This document shows, piece after piece, positions 20,258-29,685 of a stretch of DNA of 64,000 nucleotides; the first letter of the stretch is position 1, and every line of letters begins with the position of its first letter. Below the pieces are notes generated by a model. That model was not told where the DNA came from. It saw only the letters and a program-made list of their open reading frames with translations, and did no database searches. The DNA lies in the NCBI GenBank assembly GCA_964582375.1, contig CAZORL010000006.1, positions 611 to 64,610 of the forward strand, in the 5' to 3' direction. This DNA is from an uncultured Lachnospiraceae bacterium (GTDB taxonomy: Bacteria; Bacillota; Clostridia; Oscillospirales; CAG-272). Both the position numbers and the translations under genes were made by a program.

Positions 20258-22387
20258 ATGAATGCACTTGTTGGACTCAATGACGATCAGAAAAATGCCG
20301 TTTGCTCGACCGAGGGTTATGTGCGAGTTGTCGCGGGGGCGGGGACGGGCAAGACCAAGGCACTCACGCACAGATACGCCTATCTTGTTTGCGAGCTGGG
20401 CATATCGCCGACAAACATACTTTGCTTGACCTTCACCAACAAAGCGGCAGGCGAAATGAAGCGGCGGATAAAGTCACTGCTGGGTGCGGACACCGATGTA
20501 TCGCTCGTTTCGACAATTCACGGATTTTGTGCGCGCATTCTGCGAGAGGACATCGAAAAGCTCTTTTATCCGTCTGAATTTCCTATTCTCGACAGCGATG
20601 ACGGCAAAAAACTGCTTGAGGAGATCTACGAGGAGGAGGGATTGCGCCTCGATTCTGCATCCTTTCAAAGTATGCTTGATCGGATCGAGATCTACAAGAC
20701 CGATCACACCGAGTACATTTCGTGGATCGCTGACCCTGATTTCGATTTTTCGACTCTGCTCCCCACGACGCTTGAAGAACGGGTCATTATGAAATATATC
20801 GAAAAGCAAAAGAAGAGCTACGCCGTCGATTTTCCCGATCTGATCAAGTTCGTCACATATATTTTCGATCATTTCCCCGAGATCGAGCGAAAATGGCAGA
20901 AACGACTGTTCTATATCGAAGTGGACGAATTTCAGGATGTGGACATTGAGCAGTACCGATTTGTCACTCGCCTTGCCGCGATCTACCACAATCTTTTTGT
21001 TGTCGGCGATCCCGATCAAAACATATACACATGGCGCGGCTCGGGCAATCGGTTTATACTGAATTTCGATAAGGACAATCAGCCCTGTACGAGCCTTATA
21101 ATGAACCGAAATTATCGCTCGACACCGCAGATCCTGAAGGCGGCCAACAGTCTCGTGTCGGTCAATCACGATCGAATAAAGAAAGATCTTTACACAAGGC
21201 TCTCGGACGGCGAGCTGCCCGAGTATTTTCACGGCAAAAACGAGGAGCGCGAGCTTTCGCGGATACTGTCGTTCGTGCGTCAAAGGATAGAAGAAGGCGG
21301 CAGATATTCGGATATCGCCCTGCTTTACCGTGCCTCATATCTCTCACGGTCGGTCGAGCAGATCTTCATTGAAAACAAGATCCCCTACACGGTCATCGGC
21401 GGCGTCGGATTTTACGAGCGTGCCGAGATCAAAAATATGATCGCCTATATGCGAACCGTTCTTTACGGCGATGATCTGTCATTTCTTCGTGTGGTCAACA
21501 CCCCGAGACGCGGTGTGGGCAAATTAAGGCTTGAGAGGATCAAAAGTCTTGCAAAAAGGGACAATCTATCGCTCTTTGATGCGGCAAGGGTGCACGCAAG
21601 CGATCCCGAGCTCAGCGGATGCCGACTTCGCGATTTTGTTGCGCTTATTGAGAAGATGCGCTCTGTCGCCGATGAGTTGAGTGTGTCCGATCTCTTGCAA
21701 AAGCTCTTTTTCGAGAGCGGATATGAGAGCTATATTCGAAAAAGCGGCGACCTTGAAAGGCTCGACAATGTATCCGAGCTTATCAGGAGCATCAATCAGA
21801 CCGATGCCGAGTTCGGCGAAAAGCTGACACTTTCGACCTTTTTGCAAAATGTCGCACTTTTCAGAGATACCGACGACAACTCGGATGCAGACAGAGTGAA
21901 GCTTATGACCGTTCACGCCGCAAAGGGGCTTGAATTTGAAAACGTGATAATAATCGGCATGAGCGAGAATATATTTCCCTCGGCACGTTCGATTGCCGAG
22001 CGTTCGGACAAGGCTCTCGAGGAAGAGCGGCGGCTCGCGTTCGTTGCCATGACACGCGCAAAGCGTCGACTTTTGATCACCGACAGCGAGGGAATCGGCG
22101 TCAAGGGGGCAGTCAAGCTTCCGTCGCGCTTTGTCATCGAGGATATCGACAGGTCTCTGATCGCTCTGACCGGCGACAAACTGCCCGATGATTGCAAAAT
22201 GGGCGAGCGTGATCGGGACATGGGAACGAGCGAGGCAAGATTTGCCGCAGGGGACAGACTTCTGCACAAGCATCTTGGGGTGGGCACGGTTGATTCTGTC
22301 GATATCGATCTGTCGGTCTATTTCGTGAAATTTTCGGTCGGTCTGCGTCCAATATCATTTGATTTTGACGGGCTGATCAAAATTTGA
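20258..22387 (+). CDS. UvrD/Rep/PcrA-family ATP-dependent DNA helicase
   Basis: RBS aaaggtgagggg. Walker A AGAGTGKT. DEFQD (motif II). TVHAAKGLEF and VAMTRAK C-terminal helicase motifs. Confidence 0.85.
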   Translation: MNALVGLNDDQKNAVCSTEGYVRVVAGAGTGKTKALTHRYAYLVCELGISPTNILCLTFTNKAAGEMKRRIKSLLGADTDVSLVSTIHGFCARILREDIEKLFYPSEFPILDSDDGKKLLEEIYEEEGLRLDSASFQSMLDRIEIYKTDHTEYISWIADPDFDFSTLLPTTLEERVIMKYIEKQKKSYAVDFPDLIKFVTYIFDHFPEIERKWQKRLFYIEVDEFQDVDIEQYRFVTRLAAIYHNLFVVGDPDQNIYTWRGSGNRFILNFDKDNQPCTSLIMNRNYRSTPQILKAANSLVSVNHDRIKKDLYTRLSDGELPEYFHGKNEERELSRILSFVRQRIEEGGRYSDIALLYRASYLSRSVEQIFIENKIPYTVIGGVGFYERAEIKNMIAYMRTVLYGDDLSFLRVVNTPRRGVGKLRLERIKSLAKRDNLSLFDAARVHASDPELSGCRLRDFVALIEKMRSVADELSVSDLLQKLFFESGYESYIRKSGDLERLDNVSELIRSINQTDAEFGEKLTLSTFLQNVALFRDTDDNSDADRVKLMTVHAAKGLEFENVIIIGMSENIFPSARSIAERSDKALEEERRLAFVAMTRAKRRLLITDSEGIGVKGAVKLPSRFVIEDIDRSLIALTGDKLPDDCKMGERDRDMGTSEARFAAGDRLLHKHLGVGTVDSVDIDLSVYFVKFSVGLRPISFDFDGLIKI

Positions 22388-22438
22388 TCTGCAAAAGTAA
22401 AATTTCTTTATCTGTCCGCATTTTTTGACATAAATCGC

Positions 22439-22467
22439 TTGACATTTGCCTCATTTGATAGTAAAAT
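22439..22467 (+). promoter_or_regulatory. Sigma-A promoter of the GH25-LRR gene
   Basis: TTGACA (22439-22444), 17 nt, TAAAAT (22462-22467). Confidence 0.6.
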
Positions 22468-22504
22468 ATATGTGTGCAAAAATTTTGGAGGGGATCGTCT
22501 TAAA

Positions 22505-24640
22505 ATGTTCAAATCGGGTAAAAAAAGAGTTGTCGTTCTTTTGATCATTCTGTCGGTACTGCTTTTGTCGGGGGTCGCTGTGATCATTATCGCCGATGAG
22601 GTCGGGGCAAAGCCTAAGCTTCCGAAAATTTCCGAGGAGAGTTCGGGAATCACGGTAAAGAATGTTTGGGCGTCGGATGTCACAAGAGCATCGGCAACGC
22701 TGAACCTTAAGATATCCAAGACATTTGTTTCCGAGTACAAGATCTATCTCGGAGAGTCACCCGACAGTCTCAAAGAGGTCAGCGGCGCATCGATCGGCAA
22801 AAGCGTCAGTTCGATTGTCGCTGAGCTTGACGGACTCTCGGAATATACGAGATATTATTACAGTTTCCACCTTTTGACAAAGGACAATGAAGTAGTGCTG
22901 GACACATGGTCGTTCGTTACGCCAAACAGCTATTATAACGGTGCGTCGGGCGGCAAAAAGGACGAAAATATCAGCTATGGTATCGATGTGTCATTTTGGT
23001 GTAAAAGTTCGGATTTTGAGAAAGCTAAGGCGGACGGCGTCGAATTTGTTATCATTCGTGCAGGCTCGTCGGGTAATAAAGATCCATATTTTGAGGAGAA
23101 TTACGAGCGAGCCAAGGCGGCGGGACTTCGCGTCGGAGCATATTATTATACATACGCAATGTCGCTTGAAGAAGCGTATGCCGATGTCGATGAATATCTT
23201 GAGTTCATTTGCGGCAAGCAGTTCGACATGCCGGTTTATGTTGATATTGAAGAAGAAAAACAGCAGGCTCTGTCTCGACAACTGCTGACCGAGATGATGA
23301 TATCATTTTGTGACAAGATCGCCGATGCGGGCTACTATCCCGGCGTATACGCAAATCGAAATTGGTTCAATACACTGCTCAATTACGACACCATCGCTCC
23401 CGTTTATGAGCTTTGGCTGGCGAAATGGACTTATGACGGTCTGCCAGATGAGGATCACAGCGATATGTACGGAGTGTGGCAATACTACGATCATGGCAAG
23501 GTCGATGGAGTGCAGGGAAATGCCGATCTGAATGTCTGTTACAAGGATTATTCATCCATCATAAATAACGATGGCACGGTGCCCTATGATTTCATCGATT
23601 GGAACGGGGACGTGGTGTGCAGATATTACATGTACCCCGGAAACAAGATCTACACGCCGTCAAAAATTCCGACACGCGCCCCTGATGATCTCTACAGTTA
23701 TGAATTTGTCGGTTGGAAGGGACTTGACGAAAACACGGTCGCACTTGAGGGTGGCGGCAGATTTGAGGCGGATTACGATAAGATGGCACATTCGTACGGC
23801 GAGTGGGAAGAGCTTTGGGTAATGGAACGCACTCGAGTTTGCGAGGATTGTGGGTATGTTCAACATGAAGTGCTGGGCGATCTCACCTGCGGCGAAAAAG
23901 CCACATGGTATTTTGATGAGGGCAAACTCGTAATAAGCGGCAGCGGAGCGATCAGAGATGGAACTCGCTCTTCCGATTTCCCTTGGAGTGTCGTTGCGAG
24001 CGAGATAACAAAGCTAACCGTTTCGGATGGGATAACCTCGATTGGAAATCACGCTTTTGCCGATCTCGAAAATCTTTCGTCGGTACAGCTTCCGCTGACC
24101 CTTGCATCGATCGGCGAGTACGCTTTCGCAAATTGCGGCTCGCTGTCGAGCATAACGATCCCTTCGGCAACGGCAAAGATCGCCGACAATGCGTTTTACG
24201 GCTGCAGGTCGCTGAAGACCGTCTGCGGATATGAGATCGATAAATATCAGACTGCAAAGACGATCGCCGATAAGATTGGTGCAAAGTTCAAAACGGTCAA
24301 GGAGCGCGTTGCCTACTACGGTAAGGTTGGAGAGGATATCAGCTGGTTCCTCTATTCGGACGGACATCTCGTGGTGTCGGGTGTCGGTGATCTCTCATCT
24401 GATATCGAAACCCATAAGGATGCAATAGTGTTCGTGACATTCGGCGCGGGAGTTTGCTCCCTTCCCGATTATTTCATGATGGATGCGACCGCATTGCGGA
24501 CGGTCGAGTTTTTGGGAGATAGTCCGATCTCGATCGGTAAAGACGCATTCCGCGGTTGCGTGAATCTCTGCGAGATCAACATCCCGAGAGGTTCACACAT
24601 ATCGGACGGAGCTTTTCTTGATACACCGCTTGTTCAATGA
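22505..24640 (+). CDS. Membrane-anchored GH25 muramidase (lysozyme) fused to BspA-type leucine-rich repeats
   Basis: Start trimmed to MFKSGKKR (RBS ggagggg). N-terminal TM helix. GH25 pattern YGIDVSFWCKSSDFEKAKADGVEFVIIRAG...YYYTYA. C-terminal LRR_5-like units ITSIGNHAFADLENLSSVQLP / SIGEYAFANCGSLSSITIP / IADNAFYGCRSLKTV. Confidence 0.75.
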   Translation: MFKSGKKRVVVLLIILSVLLLSGVAVIIIADEVGAKPKLPKISEESSGITVKNVWASDVTRASATLNLKISKTFVSEYKIYLGESPDSLKEVSGASIGKSVSSIVAELDGLSEYTRYYYSFHLLTKDNEVVLDTWSFVTPNSYYNGASGGKKDENISYGIDVSFWCKSSDFEKAKADGVEFVIIRAGSSGNKDPYFEENYERAKAAGLRVGAYYYTYAMSLEEAYADVDEYLEFICGKQFDMPVYVDIEEEKQQALSRQLLTEMMISFCDKIADAGYYPGVYANRNWFNTLLNYDTIAPVYELWLAKWTYDGLPDEDHSDMYGVWQYYDHGKVDGVQGNADLNVCYKDYSSIINNDGTVPYDFIDWNGDVVCRYYMYPGNKIYTPSKIPTRAPDDLYSYEFVGWKGLDENTVALEGGGRFEADYDKMAHSYGEWEELWVMERTRVCEDCGYVQHEVLGDLTCGEKATWYFDEGKLVISGSGAIRDGTRSSDFPWSVVASEITKLTVSDGITSIGNHAFADLENLSSVQLPLTLASIGEYAFANCGSLSSITIPSATAKIADNAFYGCRSLKTVCGYEIDKYQTAKTIADKIGAKFKTVKERVAYYGKVGEDISWFLYSDGHLVVSGVGDLSSDIETHKDAIVFVTFGAGVCSLPDYFMMDATALRTVEFLGDSPISIGKDAFRGCVNLCEINIPRGSHISDGAFLDTPLVQ

Positions 24641-24656
24641 TATTTCTCTTTACAAA

Positions 24657-24698
24657 CAAATCCCACCCGATCTTCGTTACGAAGTTGGGTGGGATTTG
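24657..24698. terminator. Long hairpin after the GH25-LRR gene (terminator-like, weak U-tract)
   Basis: 12-bp outer stem caaatcccaccc / gggtgggatttg with inner stem cttcg/cgaag. No clean T-run on the plus strand. Confidence 0.45.
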
Positions 24699-24736
24699 CT
24701 CGAGTCTGACATCTGCCGAACTTTTTGCAAAAGATC

Positions 24737-24765
24737 GCCCTCCGCTGTTTGCGGAGGGCAGACTT
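24737..24765 (-). terminator. Terminator of pepC
   Basis: GC-rich 9-bp stem gccctccgc / gcggagggc, 7 nt beyond the pepC stop. T-rich flanks on both strands. Confidence 0.7.
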
Positions 24766-26103
24766 TTAATCGGCGAGCGAACCCATCGGATCCCAAGGAT
24801 GAAGAACTGTCGGTTCTTCATCGAGGATCGCAACTTTTTCGCCGAGATATTTCTTGTTTACGACTGCCTGGAAGACATAGCTCTCAAACCAATCGTCGGA
24901 GGCAATGTGATAACCGCCGTTTGCACCGTCCGAGCCCCAGCTGTTTTCGATCTTCCATCTGTTCGGCTTGCCGTCGTTTATGTTGACACCCGTGATGACC
25001 ATTGCATGGTTCATCTGCGATACATGATAGTCGAGCATCTCCTCTTTGGTCAGCGAAAGATCAAGACCTGTGAGTAACTCGTAATCGTAGGAATTTGTGT
25101 CCCAGACCTTTCTTTCTCTGTCGCCGCATTTGCCGCAGTCTGAGCCGAACCATACGACCTCACCGTCCTCAAGCTGACGCCTTACGATGTCCTTGAACTC
25201 GCTCATTTCGAGGTTCAGATATCTGATATTGTCCGAGCCTGAAACATTGCCGAGGTAGGCGACCGTGTAGAGCTTGTTGAAGGGCTTATCCTTTGTTGGT
25301 GCGTTGATTATCGAAACATAATCGGAAAGCATGTCGCCGATCATCTCGTCACGGAAGGTGAAGGGTGTGTAGCCCTTTTCGATGTGGTATGTGCCGTCCT
25401 TGTCAACATATTCGAAGTCGAAGGTCGTCGGAGGGCAGGTGAAGCACTCGCAGAGGAAAGAGAACGCTTTGTCAAGCGCGGAGCTGCGAAGTGCGGCGAT
25501 CTCGTCCGCCGATGCACCCGAGGCGATCATGTGACGAAGCTCGCATGCCTTTTTGCGAAGGAAGAGATTTATGTGTCTGTTCATTGTGCCCGTGCCCGAG
25601 GTCTGAGCGGTCTCCGGCATTGCGTCCTTCGGCAGAATGCCGTACTTGTTGACGATGTTTACAAACATATCCCACTGACCGCCGTCGTGTACGCCGACGT
25701 CAAGTATGTAACTTACAGTGCGATCGCCGTCGGGCAGATGCGCAGTGTCGATGATCGAGTCGAGAAAATAATTGATACGCTCAAATTTGTCCCAGAAAGC
25801 AAGATAGGACTGCGAAAGCTCAAACTCGGCGATGTTCTTCTTTTTAGCGACTATTTCGCGAAGAACGTTTGTTGCGGCAAAGAGCCAGCATCTGCCGCTC
25901 GATTTTTGGTTTGCGCAAGACATGGTCTTGATGTCAACCGAAAACTTGAACTGCATATCCTTTGCGGCGATCGGGTCAAACGCCAGGTTGTCAAGCGATG
26001 TTTTGGAAAAAACATGCGTCATCGATTTCTTGTAGGGATCGTTTGCGTAGGAGTCTGTGAAGCGCGCGAGTTCTTCCGCGCTGATTGGTGTCGGATTTTT
26101 CAT
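24766..26103 (-). CDS. pepC: Aminopeptidase C (C1-family bleomycin-hydrolase-like cysteine peptidase)
   Basis: Active-site segment QKSSGRCWLFAATN. HAMVITGV (His). ENSWG near the C-terminus. Confidence 0.9.
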   Translation of the reverse strand: MKNPTPISAEELARFTDSYANDPYKKSMTHVFSKTSLDNLAFDPIAAKDMQFKFSVDIKTMSCANQKSSGRCWLFAATNVLREIVAKKKNIAEFELSQSYLAFWDKFERINYFLDSIIDTAHLPDGDRTVSYILDVGVHDGGQWDMFVNIVNKYGILPKDAMPETAQTSGTGTMNRHINLFLRKKACELRHMIASGASADEIAALRSSALDKAFSFLCECFTCPPTTFDFEYVDKDGTYHIEKGYTPFTFRDEMIGDMLSDYVSIINAPTKDKPFNKLYTVAYLGNVSGSDNIRYLNLEMSEFKDIVRRQLEDGEVVWFGSDCGKCGDRERKVWDTNSYDYELLTGLDLSLTKEEMLDYHVSQMNHAMVITGVNINDGKPNRWKIENSWGSDGANGGYHIASDDWFESYVFQAVVNKKYLGEKVAILDEEPTVLHPWDPMGSLAD

Positions 26104-26219
26104 TTTGGCATCCTTTCATGTGCAAAAAATTCTACCTATATTATACTCGCAAATTGCGAAAAAGTAAAGGGCTTTTTGAAAAAAAGTCGAAAAAAGTCTG
26201 AATTCTGTGCTGATGATAC

Positions 26220-26720
26220 TTATATCTTCACATCAAAGAGCGTCGAACATCTCGGACACCTGACCGAATGCGCGCCTTTCTTTTTCGGCAGGCGTATGTT
26301 TGCCTTGCATTCGGGACAGGTCCTGTAAACGTGATCTTTGTCGCGAGGTAGCCTTTGCTTTTTCTTTTTCGGCTCTTTTGTGCGATCGGCGTAGTTGTAT
26401 CCATATCCGTTATACCCGCCGAAACGGTCAAATCTGCCCGCATTTCTCTTTCCGAATGGCGTTTTCACCCAAAATTTCGTGAACGCCGCATTTTCCTTCG
26501 ATCTCGCACGGATGTTTTTCGAAAAGATCCTGAACATCATGTAGAGAAAGAGTGCCCACATAAAGATCGACATGATAAATGACGCCGTCGCCGAAAACAT
26601 GCCGACGATTATCTGTACTATCATGAGTGCGAGATAGATCCACGAGAGCATGTATCCGAAATAATCAAGCCCGTTGCGCCCCTTCATAAAATTTACAAAC
26701 CATCTTCCGATCTTTCCCAT
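26220..26720 (-). CDS. Membrane protein with C-terminal zinc ribbon
   Basis: Start trimmed to ATG 26720 (RBS aaaggag). Two TM helices. G/Y-rich linker. C-terminal CPECKANIRLP...CPRCSTLF. Confidence 0.55.
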   Translation of the reverse strand: MGKIGRWFVNFMKGRNGLDYFGYMLSWIYLALMIVQIIVGMFSATASFIMSIFMWALFLYMMFRIFSKNIRARSKENAAFTKFWVKTPFGKRNAGRFDRFGGYNGYGYNYADRTKEPKKKKQRLPRDKDHVYRTCPECKANIRLPKKKGAHSVRCPRCSTLFDVKI

Positions 26721-26824
26721 TGCGATTGACTCCTTTGTATATTTCGATGTAGACAATTATATGCGAAATATATTGCACACTTGTGGACAAACAAATAAAA
26801 ATATTGAAATTTTGTCATACACTC

Positions 26825-26853
26825 TTGAAATGTTTACAAAAAAATGGTATACT
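26825..26853 (+). promoter_or_regulatory. Sigma-A promoter of the GH43-HAD gene
   Basis: TTGAAA (26825-26830), 17 nt ending in TGg, TATACT (26848-26853). Confidence 0.55.
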
Positions 26854-26884
26854 CAAAGTAAAAGAAAAACCAATGGAGGATGTT

Positions 26885-28561
26885 ATGTCGAATTTTTTTA
26901 CAAATCCGATAATTGAGAGCGGAGCTGATCCGTTCGTTACAAAATTTGCCGGCAAATATTATTACTGCTATTCGGTCGGTGACGGTGTCAATGTCAGCGT
27001 TGCCGATAAGCTTTACGAGGTTGCTCCCGCAAAAGACGGCAGAGCGGTCTACCGTGCGCCGAAGGGATGCGAGTATTCCTGCGAATATTGGGCACCCGAA
27101 CTGCACAGGATAGACGGCAGATGGTATATTTATGTCGCGGCTGACGACGGTGACAATATAAATCACAGAATGTACGCACTCGGTGCTCTGACCGATGACC
27201 CTTGCGGCCCTTACGAGATGCTCGGCAAGATCGCAGTTGACCCTCCCTATGATAAATGGGCGATCGATGCGACCGTGCTTACCATTGACCGACAAAACTA
27301 TTTTGTTTGGTCGGGCTGGTCGGGAGACTTCGATCTCCAGCAGAATCTCTACATCGCAAAGATGAAGGACGGCAAGACGCTTGAGGGCAAAAGATCGCTC
27401 ATTTCTTGCCCCGAGCTTGATTGGGAGATGCGCTCGTGCGGACATGGTGCTCCGACGATCAACGAAGGTCCCGCCGCACTCTATCACGACGGAAAGACAT
27501 TTATAGTTTACAGCGGCTCGGGAAGCTGGTCTGATGACTATTGCCTCGGTCTGCTCGAATTTAAGGGCGGCGATCCGCTCGATCCGCTCTCTTGGGAAAA
27601 GCATACCGAGCCGATCTTGACCGCATCCGAGGGTGCATGGGGACCCGGGCATTGCTCCTTCACGACATCGCCCGACGGCAGTGAGGATTATGTCGTATAT
27701 CACGCAAACCGCGTCAGCGGAACATCTTGGGGCGGCAGATCTGTCCGCATTCAGAAGATCGATTGGGTGGATGGTCTCCCCGTGATCGGCAGTCCCGCAA
27801 AGCCGGGTGTCGAGCTTCCTGTTCCTTCCGAGAACGCTCCCAAGATCGACACGATCATATTTGACCTTGACGGCACGCTCGTTCCGATCGATCAGCATGA
27901 GTTTACAAGCGAGTATCTCCGATTGCTCGGCGAAAGGATGGCTGTGTTCGGGTTCGAGCCGAAACAAGCGATCGATACGATTTGGAAGGGCTGTTTCGTC
28001 ATGACCGATAATGACGGCAGTGTCATAAACAGCGAGGCGTTTTACAGATCAACACGCGATGTGTACGGCGATCGAACCGAGGAATTTTTGAGGATACTTA
28101 CCGAGTTTTACGAGACCGATTTTGATAAGGCACGCTCGACCGTTAAGACCGAGCTTATCGAGAACGGTAGCTTTAATGCCGCACCCATTGTGAGGGTGCT
28201 GAAAGAGAAGGGCTATACGCTCGCACTCGCAACAAATCCGGTTTTCCCCTTAAAGGCACTCGAGGTCAGACTTTCGTGGGTCGGATTGACGCCTGATGAT
28301 TTTACACTAATCACAAATTACGAAAACAGCCGATTCTGCAAACCAAATCCGAGGTATTTTGAGGATATAATCCTTGCCCTTGGAAAGAGTGCGGACAGCT
28401 GTCTTATGATCGGCAATAACCTTGCGGAGGATATGTCCGCATCGAAGGTTGGTATCGCTTGCTTGCTCCTCACCGATTTTCTCGAAAATCGTAAGGGCGA
28501 CGATGTCGATGCGTTCGAACATTGCAGGCTTGCAGAACTTCCTCAAAAGCTCGGACTTTGA
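26885..28561 (+). CDS. Glycoside hydrolase family 43 domain fused to a HAD-superfamily phosphatase domain
   Basis: Start at ATG 26885 (RBS ggagga). GH43-like NPIIESGADPFV..., WAPELHRIDGRWYIY, IDATV, EGPA. The second half begins with HAD motif I IIFDLDGTLV and carries a later GNNLAEDM motif. Confidence 0.7.
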   Translation: MSNFFTNPIIESGADPFVTKFAGKYYYCYSVGDGVNVSVADKLYEVAPAKDGRAVYRAPKGCEYSCEYWAPELHRIDGRWYIYVAADDGDNINHRMYALGALTDDPCGPYEMLGKIAVDPPYDKWAIDATVLTIDRQNYFVWSGWSGDFDLQQNLYIAKMKDGKTLEGKRSLISCPELDWEMRSCGHGAPTINEGPAALYHDGKTFIVYSGSGSWSDDYCLGLLEFKGGDPLDPLSWEKHTEPILTASEGAWGPGHCSFTTSPDGSEDYVVYHANRVSGTSWGGRSVRIQKIDWVDGLPVIGSPAKPGVELPVPSENAPKIDTIIFDLDGTLVPIDQHEFTSEYLRLLGERMAVFGFEPKQAIDTIWKGCFVMTDNDGSVINSEAFYRSTRDVYGDRTEEFLRILTEFYETDFDKARSTVKTELIENGSFNAAPIVRVLKEKGYTLALATNPVFPLKALEVRLSWVGLTPDDFTLITNYENSRFCKPNPRYFEDIILALGKSADSCLMIGNNLAEDMSASKVGIACLLLTDFLENRKGDDVDAFEHCRLAELPQKLGL

Positions 28562-28572
28562 TCACAGATTAC

Positions 28573-28617
28573 AAAAAAAACGATCGATCGACATGACCGC
28601 CGATCGATCGTTTTTTT
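28573..28617. terminator. Bidirectional terminator between convergent genes
   Basis: A8, cgatcgatcg, 10-nt loop, cgatcgatcg, T7. Confidence 0.8.
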
Positions 28618-28629
28618 GCCGGATTCGGA

Positions 28630-29475
28630 TCAGACTTTTCCGCTGATAGTCAGCACGGATGTGCCGGGTGTCACCGTCCATCTGCCGTCTGCGCCCTGAG
28701 TGTAGGTCGCCGCGGGCACCGTAATACTGCCTGCGACGCTCGCAAATTGTCCCGTCGTCTCGTCGTAGGTGTAATCGGTCGGACTTGCCAGAGCGTTACC
28801 GTTCAGCATCGCCGAAATATCGGTCAGCACGGGATTAAGCAGATCGGAGAGTACGATGCTGTCAGCCGCGGTCGCCTCGACGCTTCCGCTGTTTTGGATA
28901 ACAAAGGTATAGGTCAGCCTGCCGTTTTCGGTGACCGATGTCGGACAGACCGATTTGCTGATTCCAAGTTCGGCACGGGCGTTCATGTTGATCGTCGCGC
29001 TTGCAGTGATCGGTGTAACATTGCCGCTGATCGTCGCGGTGTTGGTGATCGACGCCTCAATCCCAAGCGGCGCATAGTCGGTCAGGCGCGTCTTGTAAAT
29101 GATGATCGTGTTCCCCTCGGCAGGGACGCTTATTCCGCTTATGACAAGCTCTCCTGCCGCCGTAACGGTCGGCACCGTCTGTAAAACGCCGTTTTGGTAG
29201 TATCTCACCGATCCGCCGACATATTCGAGCGGATAGAGCGTCTGTGTGTCAAGCGTGTATGCGCCGAGATCGTCGGTGACTACAAGCCCGTCAAGCGGGA
29301 TCGTTCCGCTGTTGACAAGCGACACGACATAGCTTACATCATCGTGTGCCCCGTAGGTTTCGCCGAGTGCATTTTTCGATGCGGTCAGCACCTCGATCAG
29401 CTCACCCGTGACCTTGTTCGATTCGGTCCTGCCTCCGCTGTATGACAACGTGGCGAAATTCGTAAATTGAACCAT
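28630..29475 (-). CDS. DUF11 (conserved repeat domain) protein without a recognisable signal peptide
   Basis: Start trimmed to ATG 29475 (RBS ggaaaggaa, MVQFTNFATLSYSGG...). Two repeats of the pattern Y.v.v.N.G...a..vvv.D.L (VVSLVNSGTIPLDGLVVTDDL and TFVIQNSGSVEATAADSIVLSDLL). No N-terminal hydrophobic segment. Confidence 0.6.
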   Translation of the reverse strand: MVQFTNFATLSYSGGRTESNKVTGELIEVLTASKNALGETYGAHDDVSYVVSLVNSGTIPLDGLVVTDDLGAYTLDTQTLYPLEYVGGSVRYYQNGVLQTVPTVTAAGELVISGISVPAEGNTIIIYKTRLTDYAPLGIEASITNTATISGNVTPITASATINMNARAELGISKSVCPTSVTENGRLTYTFVIQNSGSVEATAADSIVLSDLLNPVLTDISAMLNGNALASPTDYTYDETTGQFASVAGSITVPAATYTQGADGRWTVTPGTSVLTISGKV

Positions 29476-29607
29476 TTTATAATTCCTTTCCGAGCGACAA
29501 ATGCCGCCCTGCTGTATTATATGCATAAGTTGGCTTGCTTGACAGCTGACAACGATCAATTATATTGCATCCAATCAAAAGATTTTATAAAATCTTCAAA
29601 AAACCTC

Positions 29608-29636
29608 TTGACAAAATTAAAAAAATGGTGTATAAT
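29608..29636 (+). promoter_or_regulatory. Sigma-A consensus promoter of the flotillin gene
   Basis: TTGACA (29608-29613), 17 nt, TATAAT (29631-29636). Confidence 0.7.
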
Positions 29637-29685
29637 ATAAGCAAGCAGAAGTCAAGGGCTTCGCAGAGAAAGGAAGAATAAAAAA

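Noticed and set aside
20258-22387. Lone UvrD-like helicase as part of a defence system.
   Set aside because: No associated nuclease, methyltransferase, ATPase partner or other defence-type gene is adjacent. It has its own promoter and standard helicase motifs, so it is most simply a housekeeping PcrA/UvrD paralogue.
26834-27967. Very long antisense ORFs. Examples are 26834-27967 (377 aa), 29902-31134 (410 aa), 46851-48320 (489 aa), 48606-49829 (407 aa), 25384-26328, 36017-36946, 51936-53069, 7261-8064, 15352-16230 and 20474-21283.
   Set aside because: Each lies entirely opposite a gene with clear family motifs. They lack Shine-Dalgarno sites, and their products are low-complexity and rich in R, C, L and V with no recognisable domain. 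They are shadow ORFs caused by the codon bias of the true genes.
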